Origin: an uncultured Gammaproteobacteria bacterium
GTDB taxonomy: Bacteria > Pseudomonadota > Gammaproteobacteria > Chromatiales > Chromatiaceae
Length of the DNA stretch: 64,000 nucleotides
Direction of reading: 5' to 3'
Assembly: GCA_963699735.1 (NCBI GenBank)
Contig: CAVOUZ010000018.1
Location: forward strand, 105,231-169,230
Part shown: piece by piece, positions 30,466-40,807 of the stretch
Layout: each line of letters begins with the position of its first letter
Numbering within the stretch: position 1 is the first letter of the stretch
Notes under the pieces: model-generated
Seen by the model: the letters and a program-made list of their open reading frames with translations, nothing else
The model's database searches: none
What the model was told of the DNA's origin: nothing
Position numbers and translations under genes: made by a program

Positions 30466-31534
30466 GGGTCGGTCTCTCCTCTCTTGGGTTGGTGATGATC
30501 GTTGGCTGGCCTCTGGCGCGAATCCGTTGTTCCGGTTCGCGCACGGGACCTGGGCCCGGTGCAGGTTGCGGGCGCGGCAGGCGGAGCGTCGCCCTGGTCC
30601 CGCCCCCAGGGCGCGGTGCCAGACGGAGCTCCCCGCCGAGCTCGACGAGATGCAGGCGCAGGCTTTGCAGCCCGAACCCGCCCGCTTCCCGGCGCAGTGG
30701 ACGCGCAGCCTTGGCGTCGATGCCGCGGCCGTCGTCGCTCACGCTCAAGGTCACGCTGTCGCTGCGGAACGCGAGCACGACGGCACAGGCGTTCGCACCG
30801 GCGTGGCGGCCCGCATTGGTCATCAGCTCGCGGGCGCCGCGAAACAGACACTCGTTGACCGGGTCGGGCAGCTGGGCCCGTTCGCCCCTCACCCGGAAGC
30901 GATAGGCAAGATGCCACCGCGTCTGAAGATGGACGCACAGCCACCGAATGGCCCCGCAGAGTCCGGCCTGACAGGGCACCGCCGGGGTCAGTCCCAGGAT
31001 CAGCGAGCGCAGCTGTAAGAGGGCGTCGTCGAGGGCCGACCTGGCGCGCCCGATCGGGTCCTGGACCCCGGGCTCGCCCGCCTGGTCGATCAGGATGCGG
31101 GCCAGGACGAGCTGCTGTATCGCCGTATCGTGCAGCTCCGCGGCGATGCGACGAAGCTCCCGTTCGACCGCCATGCTGACCTGGGCGGCCTGCTCGGGGG
31201 CTGGACCCCGGTCGTCCGGGGTGTCCATCGCCGCACCAGGCCCGAATCCGGAGGATCCGGGTTGAGACGGCGCCAGGCTCGACCCACAACCAGCGAGCCG
31301 CAGCGCCAGGTAGGGTGGACAGTTGATCAGCCGCGCCCCGGCGGCCCCGAGACTTCGCAGGAGCGATATGGCGGCCTCGTCGGCGTGGCGCAGCCCCGTG
31401 AGGTCGAGCGTGAGGCCCGCCGTGGGACGGGCGCAGGCACGCCTGAGCTCGTCCAGCTCCGCGGCGCGCGGCATGCCGTCGACCTTGAGGACGGTCCCCC
31501 GAGGATCATCGACACGAGTGATGCGTAAGGTCAT
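30449..31534 (-). CDS. STAS-like domain fused to a NarX/UhpB-type (HisKA_3) histidine kinase core
   Basis: N-terminal LRIT..LKVDG..LDLTGL..AD..; C-terminal RIAAELHD, ELMTNAGRHA, DDGRG, GFGL; no TM segment. Confidence 0.75.
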   Translation of the reverse strand: MTLRITRVDDPRGTVLKVDGMPRAAELDELRRACARPTAGLTLDLTGLRHADEAAISLLRSLGAAGARLINCPPYLALRLAGCGSSLAPSQPGSSGFGPGAAMDTPDDRGPAPEQAAQVSMAVERELRRIAAELHDTAIQQLVLARILIDQAGEPGVQDPIGRARSALDDALLQLRSLILGLTPAVPCQAGLCGAIRWLCVHLQTRWHLAYRFRVRGERAQLPDPVNECLFRGARELMTNAGRHAGANACAVVLAFRSDSVTLSVSDDGRGIDAKAARPLRREAGGFGLQSLRLHLVELGGELRLAPRPGGGTRATLRLPRPQPAPGPGPVREPEQRIRARGQPTIITNPREERPTHATRS

Positions 31535-31546
31535 GGGCCTCCAGTT

Positions 31547-31563
31547 AGCATGAACTGGGCCAA
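31547..31563 (-). promoter_or_regulatory. Sigma54 (-24/-12) promoter
   Basis: TTGGCCCAGTTCATGCT = GG-N10-GC; divergent from a sigma54 activator gene. Confidence 0.7.
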
Positions 31564-31663
31564 TTCCTACTAAATCGGTTTGATTATACGCAAGCCGCTA
31601 ATTCTAAAAGGAGAACGGCGCGCACGACGACCAAGCCTCGAGCACTACGCGTACCCCTTTCTC

Positions 31664-31715
31664 ACGACATTCCGCGGCGTCCATCACGACATGTCGTCGA
31701 TAACGACATATCGTT
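31664..31715. promoter_or_regulatory. Tandem upstream activator sequences (three ACGACAT-N-TCGT-like boxes)
   Basis: ACGACATTCCGC (31664), ACGACATGTCGT (31686, perfect palindrome), ACGACATATCGT (31703); 100-150 bp from the sigma54 promoter. Confidence 0.65.
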
Positions 31716-31866
31716 CCCCATCGGGCGCCCGCGTTGGGTACACTGATGGGGTCGTTCCACGCCGGACGGCCGCTCGTCGTTCGCGCTCGGTGGATCAACC
31801 ACGCACCTTAGCTCGCGGGGCTCGAGCGATTGAGCGATCCTTCCATTAAAGGGTGATTTCAGAGTC

Positions 31867-33534
31867 TTGAGCATCAACCCGTCCAGTGGAGTCCTGACAG
31901 CGGCGCCGACCGGGGCAAGCGCCGAGACCAGCTTCGAGGATCTCGTCACCGATCTGACGGCCTCCTTCGTCGACGTCGAGCCAGAGGATCTGGACGAGTT
32001 GATCGTGGACGCGCTGCGGCGCATCGTGCTCTTCCTCGGGACGGACCGCAGCACCCTGGGCCGCTACGAGGCGATCCCCGGCCAGCTCACGATGACTCAC
32101 TCCTGGGCCCTTCCTGGTATCCCGCCCGTCCCATCCCCCCTTGCGGAGACCCGCTTTCCCTATCTGTCGCCGCGGGTGCGCGCCGGCGAACCGGTCATCT
32201 TCAACCGCATCAGCGAGCTGCCGCCGGAGGCCGCGGCGGATGCGGAGGTCCTGGCGGCACTTGGCCTGCGTTCAATGGCGACCTTTCCGATGATCGCCGC
32301 CGGCGAGCCGATCGGCTGGCTGTCAGTTGGTGCCATCCGCAAGGAGCACGCCTGGTCGCGGGACCAGGTGCGACGCCTGCGCCTGCTGGCCGGGGTCTTT
32401 GCGAGCGCCCTGCTACGCCGGCACAAGGAGGTGGAGCTGCGCCTGGCGCTCGCCGAGAATCGCGCCCTGCGGGAGCGGGTGGAGGCCGAGAACGCGGTGT
32501 GGCGCGAGGAGGTTCTGCACTGTGGGGGGCTCGAGGAGCTGGTCGGCGAGGGACCGGCCCTGCGTCAGGTGCTTGGCCAGGTGGATCAGGTGGCCTCCAC
32601 CGACACCACCGTGCTGATTCTGGGGGAAACCGGAACCGGCAAGGACCTGATCGCCACCGCCATCCATCGGCGCAGCCGCCGGGCCGAGCGCCCCCTGATC
32701 CGCGTCAACTGCGCGGCCCTGCCGGCGACGCTGATCGAGAGCGAGCTGTTCGGCCACGAGCGGGGGGCCTTCACCGGGGCCGTCGCCCGCAAGGTCGGGC
32801 GCTTCGAGGTCGCGGACGGGGGGACTCTGGTGCTGGACGAGATCGGCGAGCTGCCGCTGGAGCTGCAGGCGAAGCTCCTGCGCGTGCTCCAGAGCGGGGA
32901 GTTCGAACGCCTGGGCTCCACCCTGAGCCGGCGCTCGAACGCGCGGGTCATCGCCTCCACCAACCGCGACCTGGCCGCCATGACCCGGGCGGGCACCTTT
33001 CGAGCGGATCTGTACTATCGCGTCGGGGTCTTTCCCATCACCGTGCCTCCGCTGCGCGAGCGTCGGGAGGACATCCCCCTGCTCGCGGCCTATTTCGTCG
33101 AGAAGCTCCGTTTCAAGCTCGGCCGGCAGGTGGCCCGGATCCCCGACCGGGCGGTCGCGGCCCTGATTGCCTATGACTGGCCGGGCAACGTGCGGGAGTT
33201 GGAGAACATCATCGAGCGCTCCATGATCCGGTCGCCCGGGTCCACCTTGCAGTTGGACGGACTGCCCTGCGCGAGGCGGGAGCCGGTCGGCGCCGCCCCC
33301 AACCTTGGGCCGGGGGAAGACCCGGCGACGGACGGCTGGGCCACCCTGGAGGAGGTCGAGCGCCGCCATATCATCGCGGTGTGCGAGCGCTGCGGCTGGC
33401 GCATCAACGGAAAGGGCAATGCGGCGGAGCGCCTCGGGATCAACCCCAACACCCTGCGCTCGCGGATGCAGAGGCTCGGGATCGCGCGCCCGAGGGTCAT
33501 GCCGTCCGGTGCGGATGATCCGCAGCCACTTTGA
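31867..33534 (+). CDS. Sigma54-dependent activator (GAF-AAA+-Fis HTH, FhlA/NifA-like)
   Basis: [31 protein letters not shown]-terminal HTH; N-terminal GAF-like region. Confidence 0.95.
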   Translation: MSINPSSGVLTAAPTGASAETSFEDLVTDLTASFVDVEPEDLDELIVDALRRIVLFLGTDRSTLGRYEAIPGQLTMTHSWALPGIPPVPSPLAETRFPYLSPRVRAGEPVIFNRISELPPEAAADAEVLAALGLRSMATFPMIAAGEPIGWLSVGAIRKEHAWSRDQVRRLRLLAGVFASALLRRHKEVELRLALAENRALRERVEAENAVWREEVLHCGGLEELVGEGPALRQVLGQVDQVASTDTTVLILGETGTGKDLIATAIHRRSRRAERPLIRVNCAALPATLIESELFGHERGAFTGAVARKVGRFEVADGGTLVLDEIGELPLELQAKLLRVLQSGEFERLGSTLSRRSNARVIASTNRDLAAMTRAGTFRADLYYRVGVFPITVPPLRERREDIPLLAAYFVEKLRFKLGRQVARIPDRAVAALIAYDWPGNVRELENIIERSMIRSPGSTLQLDGLPCARREPVGAAPNLGPGEDPATDGWATLEEVERRHIIAVCERCGWRINGKGNAAERLGINPNTLRSRMQRLGIARPRVMPSGADDPQPL

Positions 33535-34421
33535 GCGGGCTGCTCGACACCACCCTTCCGGGCCTGGTCTGGCTCCTGATGCTGGTGGTGGGTCTGGACT
33601 TGACGCCGGGTGATTTCCGGCGGGTCCTGCGCTACCCGCGGGCGGTGACGGTCGCGACCCTGGGACAGCTCCTGTTGCTGCCCGCCAGCGCGGCATTGTT
33701 GATCTGGCTGCAAAGACCGGAGACCTGGGTGGTGAAGGGGATGGTCCTGCTGGCGGCCAGCCCCGGCGGGGCCATCTCGAACCTCTACACCTATCTGGCC
33801 CGAGGAAACCTGGCCCTCTCGGTCACACTGACCGCCATCTCCACATTGATCGCCCTGGGGACCATGCCGGGACTGACCGCGGCCGGATTCGCCCTGTTCC
33901 TCGACGCGTCCCAATCCGTCCAGGTGCCTGCGGGGCGCATGGTCACCCAGTTAGCGCTGGTGATGATCCTGCCCCTGGGGCTGGGCATGACCCTGCGCGC
34001 CCGATGGCCCCGTTGGGTCGCCGCGGCCCGGGGACGGCTGCGCAATCTCAGCCTGGTCGCCTTGGGCTGCCTGGTCGCGATGGTCCTGCTCGACCAGCGG
34101 AACGACCTGGCCGAGGCGCTCACCGCCGCGCTCCCCGTCGCTGTGCCCTTGTGTCTGCTGACCCTGGGGGCTGGCTGGGCGCTCGGCGGCCTGGCGCGAC
34201 TGGATCCGCGCGACCGCTTTACGCTGCTGATCGAATTTGGAACGCGCAACGTCGGACTGGTCGCCATGGTCGGGGTCATGACCCTCGGGGAGGTCAAACT
34301 GGCACTGTTTGCGACCCTCTTCTTCCTGACCGAGCTCGTCGCAGTCCTGCTGCTGATCGCACTGCGCTCGCGCATCCAGGCGCTCCTGGGGCCCCTCCCC
34401 GAAGGCCACGGCCGGCAATGA
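33531..34421 (+). CDS. Bile acid:sodium symporter (BASS) family transporter
   Basis: [24 protein letters not shown]; overlaps the activator stop. Confidence 0.88.
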   Translation: MSGLLDTTLPGLVWLLMLVVGLDLTPGDFRRVLRYPRAVTVATLGQLLLLPASAALLIWLQRPETWVVKGMVLLAASPGGAISNLYTYLARGNLALSVTLTAISTLIALGTMPGLTAAGFALFLDASQSVQVPAGRMVTQLALVMILPLGLGMTLRARWPRWVAAARGRLRNLSLVALGCLVAMVLLDQRNDLAEALTAALPVAVPLCLLTLGAGWALGGLARLDPRDRFTLLIEFGTRNVGLVAMVGVMTLGEVKLALFATLFFLTELVAVLLLIALRSRIQALLGPLPEGHGRQ

Positions 34422-34465
34422 GCGCTTGGCGGAAATCTAGGGCAAGGACCTAGACCATGGGTTGA

Positions 34466-35443
34466 TCAGGGCTTGGCGGGCGGAAACACCTCCAACCAGT
34501 CGTCCTTCATGGACACCGGCACCCAGCCGTTCTCGCCCGACATGACCAGCGCCTTGTCGAGCTTGCCGAAGTGGCTCTCGCGGTCGTAGGCATACTCGCG
34601 CTCGGCGTCGGTGTGGTGGAGGATCAGGCCGAGCCGGCGCCCGCCGGCCCCGGTGGTCCATTGCAGCATCTGCAGATCGCCATCGGAGTTTCCGAAGGCG
34701 AGGATGGGGCGGCGTCCGATGTGGCGCTCGATGCCCACCGGCTTTCCCTCCTTGTCGTCGATGAAGGCGATCTTGGGCTCGCGCACCAGCAGCGGCTTGC
34801 CGTCGCGCAGCTCGAACCTCTGCTCGATCTGAGAGCCCACCACCTGCTCGGGCGGGATGCCGTAGACCCGCTCCGTCCAGGGTCGCATGAAGTCGATCCC
34901 GCCGCCCGAGACGACGAAGGTCTTGAACCCGCTGGTGCGCAGATAATCCAGCAACTCCAGCATGGGTTGGTAGACCAGCTCGGTGTAGGGGCGATCGAAG
35001 CGGGGGTGACGGGCGGCACCGATCCAGTCGGAGACGGTGGTCTCGAATTCGGCGCTGGTCATATCTGCATGGGTGGCCATCAGGAGCTGCATCAGGCCCT
35101 CGGTCCCGGCCTCACCGAGCGCCGCCATGTCGCCCTCCAGGGCCGCCTTGAAGGGCTGCTGCGTCTGCCAGTCCGGATGCTGCGGGGCCAGGGCCTTCAC
35201 GCGGTCCAGCACAAAGGCCATTTGGGTGTACATGGGCTGCTCGACCCACAGGGTGCCGTCGTTGTCGAAGACGGCGATGCGCTGGGCGGGGGGGACGAAA
35301 TCCGGGCCCCCCGCGTTGGTGACGTCGATGACGAAGGTGGTGATGGCCTGTTTGGCGGGGCCATCCTTCCAGGAGGGCAGCGGGTCAGCAAGGACCGCGG
35401 CGGACAGGAAGCTGGCGAGCAGAAGGATCAGGAGGTGGCGCAT
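34466..35443 (-). CDS. Exported HAD-family hydrolase (nonspecific acid phosphatase-like)
   Basis: DPLPSW, FDNDGTLW, VSGGG, FGNSDGDL; signal peptide. Confidence 0.9.
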   Translation of the reverse strand: MRHLLILLLASFLSAAVLADPLPSWKDGPAKQAITTFVIDVTNAGGPDFVPPAQRIAVFDNDGTLWVEQPMYTQMAFVLDRVKALAPQHPDWQTQQPFKAALEGDMAALGEAGTEGLMQLLMATHADMTSAEFETTVSDWIGAARHPRFDRPYTELVYQPMLELLDYLRTSGFKTFVVSGGGIDFMRPWTERVYGIPPEQVVGSQIEQRFELRDGKPLLVREPKIAFIDDKEGKPVGIERHIGRRPILAFGNSDGDLQMLQWTTGAGGRRLGLILHHTDAEREYAYDRESHFGKLDKALVMSGENGWVPVSMKDDWLEVFPPAKP

Positions 35444-35543
35444 GTGGAGCCTCGATGGGATGAGCGTTGCTAGAGTGGTCGTGGGCCCGCCGCGAGAGGG
35501 CCGAATTGCCGTCCGGTGAGACACGGCGGCCGCCGGGTGCGCC

Positions 35544-35850
35544 TCAGAAGCGCCAGGTACCCGCCAGCATGGGCCCGCTGAAGCCGACGTTATCCAGCGA
35601 GTCCCCGGAGGCGAAATCCCAGGACGCGTACCGGTATACGAGTGACACCTCCGCCTGACCGAACGCATAGCCCACGCCGCCAGCGGCCTGCCAGGTGAAG
35701 TCCGACTCGCCGGTCCCGACGTCGACGTAATAGGGATGGTACCAGCCGCAGTCCAGATGCACCCGCCCCTTGGCTCCGACGATCGCGTCCCAGGTGATCT
35801 GAGAGGCCGAGAGGCCCCGCGCCACTTGGTACTGTTCGACGCCGTCGCGT
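35544..35850 (-). pseudogene. 3' remnant of an outer-membrane beta-barrel gene
   Basis: Alternating beta strands (WDAIVG, YVDVGTG, WQA.GGVGY.F, FSGP..) ending in WRF; no start or signal peptide, in-frame stop at ~35900. Confidence 0.7.
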
Positions 35851-36021
35851 TCCGGCCAAGTCCGCCTGCCGGGTGTCGCGGGTGGGGGGATGCGCCTTCA
35901 GATCGGCTCTTCTGCTCCAGGATCTCCGCCACTGCCGGCTTCGAATTGCCCCCTGCCCCCCGGACCACTATCGATTACGGTTACACTCCAACTTACCCCA
36001 GGTTCGTCGTCGAGGGCTGTC

Positions 36022-36180
36022 ATGCAAGCGCGTACCGGCCCCAGCCTCTATCAACGACTCGAGTCCCTGCCCGATGGTCTCACCGGGGAGCTTCTCGCGG
36101 GCCAACTGCACGCCCAGCCGCGTCCCAGCCGACCGCACGCCTTCGATGGGACACGCCGCCCCGACCGGGGCGAACTCTGA
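36022..36180 (+). pseudogene. N-terminal fragment of a Uma2 (DUF820) family endonuclease
   Basis: [29 protein letters not shown] resembles the Uma2 N-terminus; ends after 52 codons with no PD-(D/E)xK core. Confidence 0.7.
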
Positions 36181-36208
36181 AACCGCCCCTGGGAGCCGTC
36201 GATTCGCC

Positions 36209-37699
36209 ATGAGATATACCGACCTTCGGGACTTCATCGACCAGCTCGAGGGGCGCGGCGAGCTCAGGCGCATCCGGGTCGAGGTCGACCCCTACCTGGA
36301 AATCACCGAGATCTGCGACCGCACCCTGCGCGCGGGCGGCCCCGCGCTGCTGTTCGAGCGGCCCAAGGGATCAGAGATCCCGCTCCTGGGCAACCTGTTC
36401 GGCACCCCCGCTCGGGTGGCCCTGGGGATGGGCGAGGAGTCGGTGGAGGCCCTGCGGGAGGTGGGCCGGCTGCTCGCCTTTCTGAAGGAGCCAGACCCGC
36501 CGCGGGGCATGAAGGAGGCCTGGCGGACCCTGCCCATCTTCAAGAAGGTGCTGGACATGGCCCCCAAGGTACGGCGCAACCCGCCCTGCCAGGAGCAGGT
36601 TTTCGAGGGGGATGAGGTGGACCTGGGGCGGCTGCCGATCCAGCATTGCTGGCCGGGGGACGCGGCCCCCCTCATCACCTGGGGGCTGGTCATCACCAAA
36701 GGGCCTGAGAAGCCGCGCCAAAACCTGGGCATCTACCGCATGCAGGTGCTGGGCAGGAATCGCGTGATCATGCGCTGGCTGGCGCACCGGGGCGGGGCCC
36801 TGGATTTTCGCGACTGGCAGCGCGCCCATCCTGGCAAACCCTTCCCGGTCTCGGTGGCGCTGGGTGCCGACCCGGCGACCATCCTGGGCGCCGTCACCCC
36901 GGTACCGGACAGCCTGTCGGAATATGCCTTCGCTGGACTGCTCCGGGGCAGCCGCACCGAGCTCGCCGCCTCTCTGGGCTCTGACCTCCAGGTGCCAGCC
37001 AGCGCCGAGATCGTGCTGGAGGGGCACATCCATCCGGATGACCTCGCCCCGGAGGGACCCTACGGGGACCATACGGGTTATTACAATGAGGTGGATTCCT
37101 TCCCGGTCTTCACCATCGAGCACCTCACCCAACGCCGCGACCCCATCTATCACAGCACCTACACGGGCCGCCCGCCGGACGAGCCGGCGATCCTCGGGGT
37201 CGCCTTGAACGAGGTCTTCGTGCCCATCCTGCAGAAGCAGTTTTCCGAGATCCAGGACTTCTACCTACCCCCCGAGGGCTGCTCCTACCGCCTCGCGGTG
37301 GTGAGCATGAAGAAGCAGTACCCGGGGCACGCGAAGCGGGTGATGATGGGGGTCTGGTCCTTCCTGCGTCAGTTCATGTACACCAAATTCGTCATCGTGG
37401 TGGACGACGACATCTGCACGCGGGACTGGAAGGACGTGATCTGGGCCATGACCACCCGCATGGACCCGGCGCGGGACACGGTGACGATCGAGAACACCCC
37501 GATCGACTATCTGGACTTCGCCTCGCCGGTCTCAGGCCTGGGCTCCAAGATCGGATTCGACGCCACCAACAAGTGGCCGGGGGAGACGGCGCGCGAGTGG
37601 GGCAGGCCCATCCGCATGGACGAGGCCGTGAAGGCCCGGGTGGATGCGCTTTGGGGGAGCCTCGGCATCGATGCACCCGACGCCGGGTCGGCCAGATGA
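36209..37699 (+). CDS. ubiD: 4-hydroxy-3-polyprenylbenzoate decarboxylase
   Basis: [34 protein letters not shown]. Confidence 0.97.
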   Translation: MRYTDLRDFIDQLEGRGELRRIRVEVDPYLEITEICDRTLRAGGPALLFERPKGSEIPLLGNLFGTPARVALGMGEESVEALREVGRLLAFLKEPDPPRGMKEAWRTLPIFKKVLDMAPKVRRNPPCQEQVFEGDEVDLGRLPIQHCWPGDAAPLITWGLVITKGPEKPRQNLGIYRMQVLGRNRVIMRWLAHRGGALDFRDWQRAHPGKPFPVSVALGADPATILGAVTPVPDSLSEYAFAGLLRGSRTELAASLGSDLQVPASAEIVLEGHIHPDDLAPEGPYGDHTGYYNEVDSFPVFTIEHLTQRRDPIYHSTYTGRPPDEPAILGVALNEVFVPILQKQFSEIQDFYLPPEGCSYRLAVVSMKKQYPGHAKRVMMGVWSFLRQFMYTKFVIVVDDDICTRDWKDVIWAMTTRMDPARDTVTIENTPIDYLDFASPVSGLGSKIGFDATNKWPGETAREWGRPIRMDEAVKARVDALWGSLGIDAPDAGSAR

Positions 37700-37784
37700 C
37701 GGGCCCCGACCGCGGCGGCGCGGCGAGCAGGTCCGGCCCCGTTCTGGCGGAGACCGCTGATCCGGTCAGCGGCCCCCGAATCGC

Positions 37785-38117
37785 TCAGTAGCGGCCGCCA
37801 CCATCGCGGTCGCGTCCGCCGCCTCCACCCCAGCCACCTCCACCGCCACCGCCGCCCCGGGGCCGCTGCTGCTCCGAGCGCGGTCGCGCCTCGTTGACGG
37901 TGAGCTTGCGCCCCTTGAACATGGATTCGTTCAACTCCTTGATGGCCGCGTCCGCCTCGGAGTTGTTCGGCATGTCCACAAAGCCGAAGCCCTTGGATTG
38001 GCCGGAGAACTTGTCCTTGATGACCTCGGCGCTCGCCAGATCGCCGTACTCGCCAAAGATCTCCCGCAAATCCTCGTCAGTGACGCTATAGGTCAGGTTT
38101 CCTACGTAGATCCTCAT
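37785..38117 (-). CDS. RRM-domain RNA-binding protein with glycine-rich tail
   Basis: RNP2 IYVGNL and RNP1 KGFGFV; GGGG..W..GGRY tail. Confidence 0.95.
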   Translation of the reverse strand: MRIYVGNLTYSVTDEDLREIFGEYGDLASAEVIKDKFSGQSKGFGFVDMPNNSEADAAIKELNESMFKGRKLTVNEARPRSEQQRPRGGGGGGGGWGGGGGRDRDGGGRY

Positions 38118-38489
38118 CGCTCTCTCTCACGCTCGTGTGCATCGATCGGTCGGAATCCGGTGAGCGGCCAATGCACAAGTCCGCTCGCCAGAGGTTTAGA
38201 TGGTCGTCGCCCCACGGACGGTCGAGGGACGCCCGGCCGATCGGGCGGCTCACCAGGGGGAGCTGAGGCGACGGGCGGCCCGGCGCGTTCGGCCTCGGCG
38301 GGATGGGTTCGGGGGTGTCCGAGTGGGTCTCGCGATCCCCGGCGGATGACAAGGGGAATGGCGAGATGCGACGCTTGGACAGTTCAGGTCCCGATGCTTG
38401 CCCCGGACGAGGTCCGGACGTGCGATGGGGGGGAGTGCTGGCTCGGTCGTTCGAAACCCTGAAGGCTGTCCGCGGTGGAAACAGAGCGA

Positions 38490-38518
38490 AAGCTAGTGGA
38501 AGGAAACCGGGGCGTCAA
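38490..38518 (-). promoter_or_regulatory. Sigma70 promoter candidate for the RRM gene
   Basis: TTGACG-17 nt-TAGCTT on the minus strand. Confidence 0.55.
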
Positions 38519-38594
38519 CCGCGGCCCGAAAAATAAGACGTGACCATTGCGTGACCTCAACGGGCGCGAAGGGCGACAGATCTCGCGGTTGGGC

Positions 38595-39825
38595 TCAACC
38601 GTGACCACCTGCCGAAAACCCACCTTCTCTACCGCGGCGATCAAGGCGCTGGCGTCCAGGTGCTTGCCGCGCACGCGCACCAGCCCCGAGCCGAGATCCG
38701 GCGTGGCCTCGTCCACCGCATCACAGCCCTCCAGGGCGCGCTTGACGCTGGCGACGCAATGGGTACAGGTCATCCCCTGAACCCTCAGGGTCATATCGGC
38801 AGGCAAGGCATGGATCCGCATCAGCCGGTCACGCAGGCGACGGACAGACAGAAGGGCCATTAACGCGATCAGAACCAGCGCACTGACCAGATCGACCCAG
38901 CCCGGGCCCATGGGCGTGGACCTCCCGGGACGGAGACAGCCGGGGCCTGAATCAAGCCCTCGAACAAGAGCCCGAACCCGAGGCTGAGGGTGATGACCGT
39001 GGCCAGATAAATGACCAGGATGCGGCTCCCAAGGGTCCGGTAGACGGCCCCGAAGGTCGCCACGTTGGTGGCCGGTCCCGCCATCAGAAACACCAGTGCC
39101 GAGCCGGCGGGCAGGCCCGCGGCGATCAGCGATGCGGCGATCGGCACCGAGCCCGTGGTACAGACATAGAGCGGAAGCGCGATGGCGAGCATCACCAGCA
39201 TGCCCCAGATGCCCTGGGACCAAGCCTGGGAGGCGAAGAAATCGGCGGGCAGCAGCACGGGGATGAGGGCCGCGACAACGACGCCCGCGAGGATCCACAG
39301 GTCGATGGCGCCCAGCAGGTCGAAGACCGCATAGCGCAGGACGGCGTATGGCCCCCGGGGCCGGTCCCGAGCGTCCGCGTCGAGCCCTTCCTGGGCGCGA
39401 GGCGGGTCCGGCTCCGTCAGCCGGTTGACCAGGGCCCCGCCAACGAGCCCCGTTACGAAGGCCGCGGCGAGCTTGAACAGGGCGAAGGGCCAGCCGAGAA
39501 AGGCGGCGCTCACCAGGATCGAGTCGACCCCGGTCTGGGGGGTGCTGATCATGAAGGCCGTGGTGGCCCCCTTGGAGGCCCCCTCGTTACGCAGCCCCAG
39601 GGCCGTCGGGATGACGCCGCAGGAGCAGAGCGGCAGCGGGACCCCCACCAGGGACGCACGCATCACGCTCGTCAGGTTGGGGCCGCTGAGCCCCCGATGG
39701 ATAAAGCCGGTGGGCAGATAGACATGGATGAGCCCGGCGATCAGCAGGCCGAGCAGCAACGACGGCGCCAGCTCCAGGAGGACCTGCCAGAGGGCGGCAA
39801 CGAAGGCGGTGAGGAGCGCGGTCAC
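38595..39825 (-). CDS. DUF318/SO_0444-type metal permease with C-terminal HMA domain; frameshifted near 38910-38930, 3' end estimated
   Basis: PLPLCSCGVIP, STPQTGVDS, YVCTTGSVP, AGPATN in one frame; GMTCTHC HMA domain in another frame. Confidence 0.8.
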
Positions 39826-39904
39826 GGCCGAGGAAAGGCCGCGAGTCCCAGCCAGGGCCCTGGGGCGATCCGACCCAGAGGCCGGACCGCCGCCGCGGGA
39901 TCAG

Positions 39905-40135
39905 TTACTGAAAACTGCCGCGCTGATGCTCGTCGTAAAGCACGCCGCCGAGGGCGCCGACTCCGGCACCGATCAATGCGCCCTTGCCGGCGTTCGCGCC
40001 GAAGGAACCTATGATCGCACCGGTGGCGGCACCCATGGCCGTACCGCTAGCGGTTCGGGAGGTCGTCGTGGTGCCGCAGCCAACGATCGTCATGGCGACT
40101 GCAGCGGCGATGAGCGGAATGGTGATGGCTTTCAT
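39905..40135 (-). CDS. Small glycine-zipper lipoprotein
   Basis: Lipobox IVGC; GTAMGAATGAIIG..GALIGAGVGALGG. Confidence 0.85.
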   Translation of the reverse strand: MKAITIPLIAAAVAMTIVGCGTTTTSRTASGTAMGAATGAIIGSFGANAGKGALIGAGVGALGGVLYDEHQRGSFQ

Positions 40136-40222
40136 GGGGTCAACTCCAAAATTCGTTCTAGAGCAACAATCCTTCTGGGCGAAGTTCTGACAGGAGCCGC
40201 TCGGGCGGGCCGTCCGACCGCA

Positions 40223-40621
40223 TTACTTCGGGCAAGGGTATGACTTTGCAAGGGCGCGTACCACGCCGACCACGGGCAGCTCGCCCATGAGCTTGGCGTC
40301 GCCCTTGTTCTCCCCCGCCCAGGCCAAAAAGGTGACGCGGGCGTCTTCGACGGTGGCGGAGCCCGGGTAGCAGATCAGCCTCTTCATCTTCTTCCGGTCG
40401 CTCACCGCGTCGTGATACTGGACGGTCGCCTCGAGGAAGGACCTACACGCCAGCATCGACTCGACGACGCCTTCACCAGTACCCTCCGCGGAACAGATCT
40501 GATAGAGATCCCCGGTCGTGCTGAAGTTGAAGTTGTTGGTGTCCAGGGCCAGGGCGCTGATCGGCAGCGACACAGTCGCGACCAGTGCCAGTGCGGCGGG
40601 GAATCGGCTGAATTCGCTCAT
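40223..40621 (-). CDS. Exported Rap1a/Tai4-like immunity-family protein
   Basis: Signal peptide; T.DL...C, C..F, IC.P and terminal YPC cysteine pattern. Confidence 0.65.
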   Translation of the reverse strand: MSEFSRFPAALALVATVSLPISALALDTNNFNFSTTGDLYQICSAEGTGEGVVESMLACRSFLEATVQYHDAVSDRKKMKRLICYPGSATVEDARVTFLAWAGENKGDAKLMGELPVVGVVRALAKSYPCPK

Positions 40622-40807
40622 CGCGGGGTGTTCCTCGATCGTGTGTTAGCGGTTTGACCCCAGGCGGTGCCTCGGGCGTTCGTTGCTGAGCCACCAGAGG
40701 GGGTGGGCTGGCATTCTAACTCGGATCACCGCGAAAAGAGGATGGTGCCGGGGGGCCACCCCTTCGGGCACCGACCGCCGCGATCCGCGCCGGCCGGGTG
40801 CCGGGGA

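Noticed and set aside
38384-38594. C-terminal extension of the HMA-containing ORF
   Set aside because: It runs over the RRM gene promoter; a one-base correction gives a stop at ~38595
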